From assembly GCA_010015585.1 (NCBI GenBank), contig ML975157.1: a DNA stretch of 64,000 nucleotides. One strand, given 5' to 3'. The notes beneath the pieces are model-generated. The model made no database searches and was not told the origin of the DNA. It saw only the letters and a program-made list of their open reading frames with translations. The position numbers and the translations under genes are program-made. Every line of letters starts with the position of its first letter. Position 1 is the first letter of the stretch. Source of the stretch: Eremomyces bilateralis CBS 781.70 (Eukaryota). This document shows, piece after piece, positions 13,876-24,599 of the stretch.

Positions 13876-14604
13876 GGTGTGTTTGTCGTGGGTGCGGCAC
13901 AAGAACGCTATCGGGAAGGAAGAGCAGTGAGGTATATTGTTCGCATGTCGTTATTTCGAACCTCGCGATCGGCGGAATCTAGAATTGCTCAGATGGTTGC
14001 TCGACTCCACCAAGAGGGCGATCCTGGAGGGCATGTAGGCGGGGAGTGTGCTACATCTGATGTCCCGGAACGGTCTCTTTTCTTCGGAGAGAGAGCGACG
14101 TGAATGGGAGCGAAGACAAAGCAGGAACCGATTGAATAGTTGGAGTGATGATGATTTACACTATGGATCAAAGGAAAGCCTGCAGACTGCAGACGTCAGT
14201 CGTGGCTCAACCTGGATGGGGAAGGCGCCAACGTGAACTTCCGAAGGCCGAACTGAAACATGGACCCACCGATCCACAGGGCTGGATCGCATTTAATGCC
14301 CTAGTGCCTTGGTGCCTTACAAGTCTCGATCTGAATGTAGCTGCTTTATTATCAAAGACTAATTAGCGAGGCCATTGACCTCGTGGTAACTACAGCTTGT
14401 GTTATTTCCTTATCCTATATACCTTGGTAGACAGAGCTTTTGTTGATATGCAAATGATATCCAAATACCATGAACCTCGTCACAATATGGTTCAATCCTC
14501 CACGGTCTCATTGCCCGGCCATACCAATCCTGTGCAGGCACTCTCCACCAGGTCTCTCAAACGCCGATGCTAAACCAAAGCAGAGGCAGCCCAGCCGCTT
14601 AGAC

Positions 14605-16811
14605 TCAGTGGAATTTCGCCGCGACGACCCCGTAACGGACGCCATCGACCTTCAACTCAAAGGTCAAACCAGCGCTTTCAATCCGCATATCGAGCGTGAA
14701 ATCCAGATTATCAAATTCCACGCCTTTAGTCGTAGTCAGTCGCGTGAACAGGGACCGTGGGACGGCGTTGAGGTCTGTCCGCAGGGTGCAGACGGTGGTC
14801 AACTCCTTGTGGTACGCGTCCGGCGCGTCGTCGTCGTTGCAGCCGATGAGCTCATCCTCGACGATGAGGGATTGGCCGGGGCGGAAATTGCGAGTGTAGT
14901 GGAAGGAGATGGGGTTATGCTCTGACACTTGCTGATCCTATGGCTGAATGAGCACTTGATTCCCCAGGCTGAAATGAATGAGTATACCTTGGCAATGTGC
15001 CATTGCATCCTGTCACTGACCATCCACCGCTCCCACAGCGGACTCCAGTATCGATCTTCCATTGGATGCCTCGTGGCATCGAAAACTGTCGCGTAACTCG
15101 TCCCATAATGCCATCTGCTTCTTCTAGAAATCACCATACTCCCTTCCAACCCCCTCAGCACCGCCCCCCGAACAACCGCCGTCCACGCATACATCGGGTG
15201 CATGACCTCGATGGCGCTCGAGGAATCCGTACAGGCGGCATGCGTGGGTTTCTCCGTGTACGGCGGTGGAGGTGTGGCGTTGAAATTGGCCTTCATACAT
15301 CGATAGAGATAATTTGACTGCCCAAAGCCACCAACTAGCACAATGCCGGAGACGACACCCCCTTTCCCCCTGATACTGCTCACCTGTCCCTCCACGAGCT
15401 CCACCACCTCCTTCACCACGGGCTCGAAAATCTCTTTGATTTGGGAGGGCGACATGGTCATGAACCCGTCCATGACCCCTGCGTCTTCATCGTCGGGCAA
15501 TCCCGGGAACGGGATGTTGACTTCCTGGTGCTCTTCTTCGCTGTAGGTCCGTTTGACGAATTCGTCGAAGTACTTGAGGCCCATGTTCCAGGTCTTGGGC
15601 TTCTTTTCCCGCATGCGACTGTAGTGCTCTTCGCCGATGCGCTGCTTCACATGCTCTTCAAACCTATAATTAAGGAATGCAGATCCACAGAGTCCACCAT
15701 TGCCGACTGCTGATTCTTCAACTCGTAGCGGATTAAGCTGGGTGATCTGATAGGCTATTAGGTCGACAGTCCCACCCCCTATCACAAAGTCAACTCAACA
15801 TCCACCGCAGACAAGATGCCGCGTAGTAGCAGCAAATCTGAGGCAAGGTTTACTTACCAGCGTCACAAACGATGAAGTTGTCGCCAATACTGAGATGATT
15901 TGGCTGGATCGCTTTCAGCGTATACACCGCCGCCGCCTCGGGCTCCGAAATCAACTTCAAATCATGCCGACTCCCCATCCCAGCTCTTTCTGCCGCTGAT
16001 AGTGTGCCTGCTTTCGCTGCATCCGACCAGACTGCCGGCACCGTCAACACGAACTCGACCTTCGTCCGCGCCATGAAGCTCTCGCCGTAGCGCATGGTCA
16101 ACGTTTCGACCGTGTGCTTGTAGATCTGGGTGAGATAGTCCGACACGGCATCGCCAACGGTCCGCTCGTATTTCCGCAGCTGTGCGGCTGTCTCCAAGGG
16201 CGAGACGAAGTGCGGGAGCTTCTGGTTGTGGTCGAGAAACAGCTTGATGCAGCGGAGGCGCGTTTCCTCAGGCTTGAATTGGAAGCCCCATTTGATGCCT
16301 TGTGGGCGAGGTGGTTCGGTACCATCATCATTCAGTGATAGCGGTGTGTCTGGGGCGTCTAGGAGGTCATAGTATCCAATCTCCGTCGGCACTTTGTCCG
16401 ATGTGATTCCGTTCCCTCCAGGCCATCTGCAAGGTAGCGACTTAGATTTTTGACTCAATAAGTTTGCATGAATGATTACCTACGTTTTTATTATGTCAAT
16501 TTCATCCGGACACCCGCTATACACGGCGGCCACCCTACCTCGTATCGGCGGTCAGAAGAGGGGACGCAGATCATTTGGGCGCGCGATCGGACCAGCACTC
16601 ACGCAGAATAAGTCGTGCCGAAATCAACCCCCACAATCAATCGATTCTCTTTCTGACTCTGATAAGCCAGATCTTGATCAGCAAGTGGGGAAGGGGACCG
16701 CGGTGCCGTCATCAACGTCGGTGCCGTATCAGCGGCGATAATGGTTCCCATGGATTGGTGAAGGGTTCCCAAGCCGTAGCTCGAGGATCGTTTGGGGATC
16801 TCAATCGGCAT
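14605..16811 (-). CDS. Atypical Hsp70-family ATPase (HSPA12-like), multi-exon
   Basis: Motifs VGVDFGTTYS, LTVPAVWSD, ISEPEAAA, DAGGGTVDL and VLVGGFGQS lie across canonical introns. Confidence 0.92.
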
Positions 16812-17636
16812 CTTTGCTATTCATTTGATTACATCTGTCTCTTAAATCCAGGTCGCCTGGGAAATTCCACCAGGCTATTCCGTACAGATGGATCTGCTGG
16901 CGTTGGGGTTCACAGCCAACGTTAGGCGAGCCCTTCAGGGACAAGCGCGTTTGGGGTTGCAGACCGCTCAGGGACGTCGTGTTAAGTGAGGGGCAGGACA
17001 CGGGCAACCGAGACACACAACGAAACAGCTAATAGCACCGTGTATATGCAAGCAATCCAAATCCAATATCAAGCAATTGAAACATTTATTGCCGTTGGAG
17101 AAGCGGACTGCGGAAAATAGGATGAAGCACGCGCCTGAGAATCGATCACGTCGACCGCTGGTAGCTCAGGGGTCGAAGCCCCAAGGCCCCAGGCCCAGGG
17201 TTCAGCCCTTCGGAACTCGATTAATCGAATAATTTATAATCGAATCCTTCGGGCGCACGTTTCCCCTGGTTCCATCGTATTCACTAACTCGGTAATGATA
17301 TCCGCCAGGACTGAGGACTTGACTACTTGCGAATTGAGGAGAGTCGCGATGCGCCATAATTCGTTCTCATTAATACTCCATGTTCTGCTGAAGCCTTGAA
17401 ACCTGAAGTACACGAAACCTGTCCGTGTCTGAGGGGTTTGGTCATTGTGCGAATTTTTTTAAGCTTCAACCCGTGCCCCAGCAAACACTGCTCCACGGCC
17501 AAGGACATATATTAAAATTTGACGTTTACCAAAGCGTGGAGGCCAATAATTCGAAAGTGGAATTGCAGTCGGCGGGGTTATTGTTATTTTTATTGAAATG
17601 GTATAACATGTCCCCCAGTATCCCGGAACGAGGACC

Positions 17637-19419
17637 TCAATCATGGAAGACGATTCTTGGACCCTGATAGTGCTTCCGGGCATAACAGAACCAATTCACC
17701 GTTCCAAAAAACGCTGCAATCCCTAAGATGACAACGTTGTAATCTATTCTGTTAGATAGATCTTCGTGGTGGGTGCTGCGCTGGACTTACTCATGGATTC
17801 TGCGGTGACCGGTACAAACGCCGGAAACAGGAAAAATATGCACAATATCGAAGGCATGCAAACAGCCCAGACGTTGATTATCCATCCAGCCCAGTTCGGC
17901 AAGCCGAATGCTCGGTTCCTCGGCAGGTACGTCGTGGATCTTCTCTGATACAGAACCAATGCCGTTGGCATGATGAAGGATAGCAACTGGAGTGTCACGC
18001 ATGAAGACACAAGAGCATTGAAAGCTGGATGCGAAAGTCAGCACAAATGCGGTTCCATTCGTCCCGGGAAACTCGGCTTACCAGTGTCCGATGCGAGAAT
18101 GAGCAGCCCACAGGCAGCAAGAACCCCCCAAACGACGAGGATGGACGATACCGGGACCTCGAGGGTAGGATGGATCTGACGAAACAGTCCCGAAAAGACG
18201 AGTGCATTGTCCCGCGCCAACGCCCAAGTGATTCTCGATGCAGTTTGAATCACTGCATTTAGAACGAAAAAGGTCATGATGACACCGGCAATCAGCAGGC
18301 CAACAGCTCCGGCGTCTGAGCGCAGTCCAACGCGGTTGATCTCGAAGGGCAGGTAACTAGAGACAATATGGTCAACGCATATCCGCCTTGGAGTGTGTGG
18401 CAGCCTTACCCTTCAATGGCAAGAACCTCGTCAAAATCAGATATACTATACAGTATCGCGATGCCAAAGGTGAAAGCGGTGATGAAGCCGATACCAATGG
18501 CGCTGACGCCTGCTAAGGGAACAGAAGTCCGGGGGTTGGGAGCCTCCTCAGCCATATGTAGTGCAGCATCCAGCCCAGCGAAAATAAAGGATGTCGTTAG
18601 GAGTGCAGTGAGGAAGCATACACCATCAGGCCAACCAGTACTGTTCGAGAAGGTCGTCCATACAAATGTATGTGAGGCTTTCGGCGACGAGCGAATGAAT
18701 AACCCCAGAGTCGAGATAATGAACATGATGATGGTCGTTGCAACTAAACAAAGGGGCCAGGTTAGTCTTTTAAAAGGTTGCGGGTCAGGAAAGCGCTCAC
18801 ATCCAATGTCATGGGTTCTCGGCAGCTTCTTCAGCGCCAGCACGTTGTAAAGCACGACTATGAAACCAAATGATTCATAGATCAAGAAGGCATGCCATTT
18901 CTGCAGCACAAACTCCGGGTGGTAATATGTTACTATAGCCGGGATCTGCTGGCTCGGGATAACGATGATCGCAGCGCCGATGGCTATCCATGAAAGGTTC
19001 GCGAGAATCCCACAGGTGTACGAGAGACCGCGATTGAACCGTTTCGGCGCCAGGATCGAGACGAAGTGGTACTGGCCTCCCGCAGTGGGATAGACACTGG
19101 CGAGCTCGCCCATGCTCAGGGCGATGGCCATGTAGGCACTGGCAGTGATCATCATACCGTAGAGGAGCGTTGCAGGGCCGCCTTGGATCAGTGCGATTTG
19201 AGAGCTGGCGGACAGACCAGCCCAGCTGTTGCAGATGTTGAAGCATAGAGAGATCATGGTCACGGCACCGATGCTCTTCTTCATCTGGCCCTGGCCACCA
19301 GCCATCGTCGTCTGCACAATATCCCCGGAGGCATTGCTGGTGGTTGGTCCGGCGGCGTCATTGTTCTTCTCAATTTGGCCGGATTCTGCAGGGACATTAG
19401 TGTGGGAACTTGATGCCAT
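17637..19419 (-). CDS. Amino acid/choline (ACT family, HNM1-like) permease, 5 exons
   Basis: Motifs FNICNSW, ELASVYPTAGGQYH, GLDAALHMAEE, ASRITWALARD and terminal YARKHYQGP; the frame stays open across four GT-AG introns. Confidence 0.92.
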
Positions 19420-19670
19420 AGATAACGGATACTGACCCAACGAAGAAAACTCAATATGCGTGTTGGACCCCATGGTTCTGGAAGAGATTTGATATCCCGA
19501 GAATCAAACTGTACAAAAGGATGTTCAAGGAGGATCAAATACAATTTGCAAGTTCCCATAGAGGTACCGCTTTTATACATATGTAGCCTCTCGGGAACGA
19601 AAGTGAATATCCCTTCCACTGGTTGGACTGATAGAGCGAAGGCTATTCAATTTCGTCCGCCCGGGGGGCA

Positions 19671-19690
19671 CTTATCAAGTCTTATCAAGT
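19671..19690. promoter_or_regulatory. Tandem GATA sites, (CTTATCAAGT)x2, candidate AreA/Nit2 binding sites
   Basis: Exact 10-bp direct repeat, each copy containing GATAAG on the minus strand, in the divergent permease/oxidase promoter. Confidence 0.5.
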
Positions 19691-19979
19691 GTAGTTGGGC
19701 GTTCGCAATCGAACAAGATACGTCGACAGTGGACTTGCTCAGAAGACGGCTCCCGAAGCGAGTCAAGTCTGCGCTACAGCCCAAGGGGAAGATACTGAGG
19801 TAATATCCGCCTGGGCCTTCAGCCAATCCAGCCAGTGAAGCTTCAGCGATGTCCCGGGAACCGTCCAGTCAACGGGCCCATACCCCTCACAATGCGGGGA
19901 ATTGGGCGATCCCGGACTGGAGAGTGCGAGTTAGTTATAAAGGAATCATGGAAACTACATCGTCAGTCAGTCTAGCTGT

Positions 19980-20068
19980 CACCGCGGCTAATTCGATACG
20001 CTAGGTAGGGGTTGCTAGACCCTGTACGATACCACGCGTCGATTAATGCGCTAGCACACACCGCGGCT
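19980..20068. promoter_or_regulatory. Two CACCGCGGCT motifs, candidate Zn2Cys6 binding sites
   Basis: Copies at 19980-19989 and 20059-20068; a third copy is at 24200. Confidence 0.55.
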
Positions 20069-20253
20069 CACTAGCGGGTAGATAACCCCATCAGGGCAGA
20101 TCAGCTACGACTAAGCGTCGACCCCTGCATGCCGAAAATGCGGAGAAGGACTTCATGAACCATCGGATACGGGATAACGTCAGTTATCTAATTAATTTGT
20201 TCGCTGCCACGGATGGCCGCTGGCGGCTTGGGCGTATAAGACCGACGCTCCTC

Positions 20254-21846
20254 ATGCTCCGTTCGGGAAAGACATTGATTCGCACTTCTCTGTCGAACCG
20301 ACGAGCCGTCATAACACCCTTCTCATCCGGACGCAAACCCAGACTTCTCACAATGGTTGCAGCCGCTGAATCCGTCGACGTTCTAGTGGTGGGCGCCGGT
20401 TTGTCCGGTCTCCGAGCCGCCGTCGATGTTCATCGCGCTGGACTTTCGGTCGTCGTGCTCGAAGCACGGGACCGCGTCGGCGGCAAGACACTGAGCGTCG
20501 CCGCCTCGCATCTAGGTGGGAAGGTCGACCTCGGGGCTGCCTGGATCAACGACACCAACCAGAGTGAGATGTACAAACTCGCTCGCGAATTCGGCTTCGA
20601 CCTCGTCGAACAACGCTCCTCCGGGTTCAATCTGACCAAGGGATTGGACGGAAACCTGGTTAAGTTTCCGTTTAACTCGTCGGGCCCGGCGTCACCGCAA
20701 GATGAGGCTGCCCGGGATGCCTTTTACGGAGCACTGGTGGAACACGTCTCTGTGGCGAATCATGAGAGTCCGCATTTGTGCCCGGACGCACTGAAATTGG
20801 ACTCGATGACCTTTGAAGAATTCGCCAGGGCGGAATCGAAGAGTGAGGTCGGTGTCAATGTCGCAAATAGGATGTCAGCCGCGCTTCTCGGTGTGGATGC
20901 CGAAGAAGTGAGTGCATTATTTATGGTGGATTATATCCAAAGTGGAACCGGTCTTGAAAATATGTCATCGGATCTGAAGGATGGAGGACAGTACCTGCGG
21001 AACCGACAAGGTAAGATAATATTCTCCCCCGTTTTCTTCGGATACCAAAGCTAATTCTGCGAAGGGAACCAGGCATTCTCTGCCCGCATGGCAGCCAAGC
21101 TCCCTCAGAACTCCCTCCAGACATCGACAGCTGTGTCCAAAATCACGCAGTCGGGGTACAATATCTGTGAGGTTACAACAACCTCGGGATCAACCTATTA
21201 CGCAAAAACCGTCATCGTTTCGGTGCCCACCTGCGTTCTGCCCTCTATCACATTTGATCCACCTCTACCACCGGCCCGGATGTCTCTTTCTCAGAACACA
21301 CAATTGGGCTATTACGCCAAGGCAATTTTCATCTTTGATCGTCCCTGGTGGCGTGAAGCTGGTCTGAGTGGAATCATGGAGTCCGACGAAGGCCCGATAA
21401 GCTTTTCACGAGACAGCTGTGTTGAGGCGGATGGCCAGTATAGCATCACCTGCTTTATCGTTGGCGATCCTGGAAGGCGATGGTCGAAATGGTCTGCGGC
21501 CGAGCGCCGAAGACGAGTAGCGGAACAGTTCGATGCCCACTTCGGGCAGGCCGCAAGGGATGTAGGAGTGACGGTCCCGGCGGCGGTCAACATTATTGAA
21601 AAGGAATGGATCAAAGATCCTTGGGCCTGTGGAGCGCCGTCCGCGGTGATGATGCCGGGCACCTTGACGGGAGATGCAGGCAAATCCATTCGAGAGCCGT
21701 TGAGGAATGTGCATTTCGTCGGGACGGAGACAGCACTGGTATGGAAAGGATATATGGAGGGAGCTGTTCGATCTGGCATAAGGGGAGCACAAGAAGTAAT
21801 CCAGAAGCTGTCGAGTCGGACCCTGGAAAGGGCAAAGTTGTCCTAG
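20254..21846 (+). CDS. Flavin amine oxidase (APAO/AnFAO-like), 2 exons; alternative start at 20353
   Basis: Motifs VVGAGLSGL, LEARDRVGGK, DLGAAWIN and HFVGTETA..WKGYMEGAVRSG; intron 21011-21064. Confidence 0.95.
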
Positions 21847-21880
21847 TATGTCGGGTATATTGGAGTGACCCAAGATAGTG

Positions 21881-23606
21881 TTATAACATTGGAATCCAGA
21901 ATCCTTTCTTTTCCATTAAGTACAAACCGTATGGTCCAAATGCTTGTGCACAATCCGTCTCCCAAAGCAGCTCCAGTACGTTGCAAATTGCAAAAACATG
22001 TTTCATGCGGTATCTGGACGCCCTCAAGCTTCCAACCAACTCGCAGCGCTCCGTAATGTTGGTCATGCACGATCCAGCCATGACGAGAGGCCACAGCATA
22101 ATGGTTTGCCATCGAGATGGACCTAGGGAGTGCGAAATCTCGATTATTGCATCAATGTGCGATTGAATCGCGTGCCGAGTCTCTGGATCAGAGATTAGTG
22201 AGCCCGCAAGCGCCGCTGCAAGATAAATACGCAAGCCGTATCGAAAAGCCTCGGCAGCCAATCCTGCCTCCTCGTAGTCGGCAGGATCGTCATTTGGAAA
22301 TGGTGTTGGGAGCACCCAAGAGTCGATCCGGTTCTCTAGGCTTTCATAAATCCGCACCGAATCCAGGGATGGTGATGCAACTCGGGCTTCCTCCTCCGCC
22401 AATCGTCTAGCAGCTAGCAGCGTAACTTGAGGGATCAGCTCAAACAGTCCATGACAGTCACCGAACATGGTGCCAAATGTCGAATACGAGCTGAGATTGC
22501 TCAGACATGTGACAAAGGAATCATAATGAACGGCACACCCTGATCCAGTTCCATGAGGCTTGCAGGAGTTGGTTATCAGAATGTAAGCGTAGAGCTCTAG
22601 ACACAGGCCTAGTGAGGCAGTATTGTTGCTGGATCCAAGATGGCCATGGTTATGTAAGTGTGCCAAAAGCGGGTGGATTAGTTCCCGACTTGCACGCAGG
22701 TGTTGAAAGATTGTGCCTTTAATGTCTCCAGATATAAGCTACGCATATAATTAGGGCGATACTGAAGAATTTTCAGATGGGACCAACCTCGTAGTGGCAC
22801 AGCACTATCAAGACCAGAAGCAAGCTCAACGTCTTCTGAAAGTCGTCCGAGCCCAGGCTGCCCAATTCGGATCGCAAGCCGCGGACAACGACTGAATAAT
22901 GCTGCCATGTTGCGGTTTGGATCCGAACATCCGAATCCCTTTGGAAGGCCAGATGTGTTCCACTGAGGGCGAGCACGCTATGCATGAGCAAATCGTCCGT
23001 ATAGGCGAGCGGCACAATGTGCGTGACAAAGGGGTTCTTCTGAACTGGGGCTGTCGCCAACATCGGCCCCGTCTGAACCAAGTAATGGCTAAGCAACATG
23101 CTAGAGTCCGGGGTAAGGATGCAAGCTCGTCCAAATCCGTTAGTCAAACCTGGCGGAAGCATTGGGGGCGTATTGGTGGGTATCAGTTCGCCTCCTCCAG
23201 AAATTACATCCCTTAATGTGCTTTCGACAGGAACCTCGCGTTGCTGAAGCGGCCGGTCCGAGCAAGATGTCGACTTCTCGGGCTGGTCGTGAGATGCGCT
23301 GCCTGCTACCGGCAACGGCCACTGGCAGTTTTCATGATTCCGCCGACAACCAGCGCAACGCGGTTTCGTCTCATCGCATTTCTTCTTCCTCCGACGACAC
23401 GTAAAGCAGCCCGTCTTAACCCGGGGATAGTTTGGTCGCAGGAGCGGCCGGCTGATTAGACGCGGTGTTGAACTGGCGTGGGTAAGCCGCACGGTTTCGG
23501 TTTTGTCACGTCTGCACAGATCGACGCGTGGAGGTGGAGCGGCCGCAGGCGCGGGGTCGATGTCGAAATGAACGAAGATTGTGCTCGTATCGGAATCCTC
23601 AAGCAT
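21881..23606 (-). CDS. Zn(II)2Cys6 transcription factor with a Fungal_trans_2-type C-terminal domain
   Basis: KTGCFTCRRRKKKCDETKPRCAGCRRNHENC; LLMHSVLALSG and LWPLVMAGS motifs; intron 22739-22787. The start codon is uncertain. Confidence 0.92.
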
Positions 23607-23857
23607 CGTACAATGGGGTCTGCACGCGGTGGTTTGGGATCAATCAGTGCCCACAGAAGAGTATATGGTCTACATTCCGTGGAAATAGGTGATCGGGCGA
23701 TGGAGAGGTGATAACAAAGAGTTTAAGAGGGGACAAACATAAAGGTCGGCATCGACGGCATGCGTTGAGAAGCACTGGCGCGGGGAAAGGGGAATCCCAG
23801 TGGTGACAGCGAATGAAATGGCATGTGGAGATCCACACTCTAACTTTAGTGTGTGTC

Positions 23858-23932
23858 CTAACTAACTAGTTAGTTAAGTTAACTTAATTAGTTAACTAAC
23901 TTAGTTAGTGAACTTTAAGTTAACTAAGTTAG
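23858..23932. repeat. AT-rich array of overlapping palindromes built from TAAC/GTTA units
   Basis: Perfect palindromes TAACTAACTAGTTAGTTA (23859-23876), TTAAGTTAACTTAA (23874-23887) and TTAGTTAACTAA (23888-23899). Confidence 0.85.
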
Positions 23933-24199
23933 CTTATGGAGGGTTGGTTAAGTGCCAAAATAAAAGCATCTCGAGAGTTGATCTAAAAGAAACTTACGAG
24001 TGGCGTCTCCATGTCGCAGCGATATCCATAGCCCACCATAGGTACAGATCCCGTATCCGTCTCTGCGTATCTGCATTGGGTTGTAGTGCCTTGCATTGCC
24101 ATTTGCCAGCACGTCGCCACGTCCCGGTAGCAGGGATTCGGGCGGCTAATCCGGACCCAGGACCATGGTATGGTACAGTCGACGGCTTGATTTACATCA

Positions 24200-24319
24200 C
24201 ACCGCGGCTAGATATACGACCTCCCTCTAGCAGACAACTCCTCTCGACCTCCGCGCTACAAAAGGGTTTGTATTACTTCATGTTTTGTTATTGATCTGGC
24301 AGTCGTCTTGCCGCGCTAC
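24200..24319. promoter_or_regulatory. CACCGCGGCTA motif plus two CCGCGCTAC variants
   Basis: CACCGCGGCTA at 24200-24210; CCGCGCTAC at 24251-24259 and 24311-24319. Confidence 0.5.
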
Positions 24320-24599
24320 GGTCTAGTGCAACAAGTCAGTGATGCCCCCTGGGGCGTTGTTGGAAGCCCGGCCTGGACGGCCACCGCTCTCCCCTGGCGT
24401 GGAGATTTCAAAACTGGATCCTCACGGATGCTGAAATTAAGTAGGTAGGTAGGCCATGCTCTTCAGGCGCCTGTGGCCTTTACCTTTTCTTTTCTCGACC
24501 CTGCCATCTTTCTCTGCACCCCTCTGCTATCCCCGCTGCGCCTTCCCCTACGCACTTCAGTCCGAACATTACACCTAAGTCCGTATCTTGCTTTGCAAT

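Noticed and set aside
23858..23932. Palindromic tract as a CRISPR array, telomere or MITE
   Set aside because: There is no repeat-spacer structure, no TTAGGG units, and no terminal inverted repeat with a target-site duplication.
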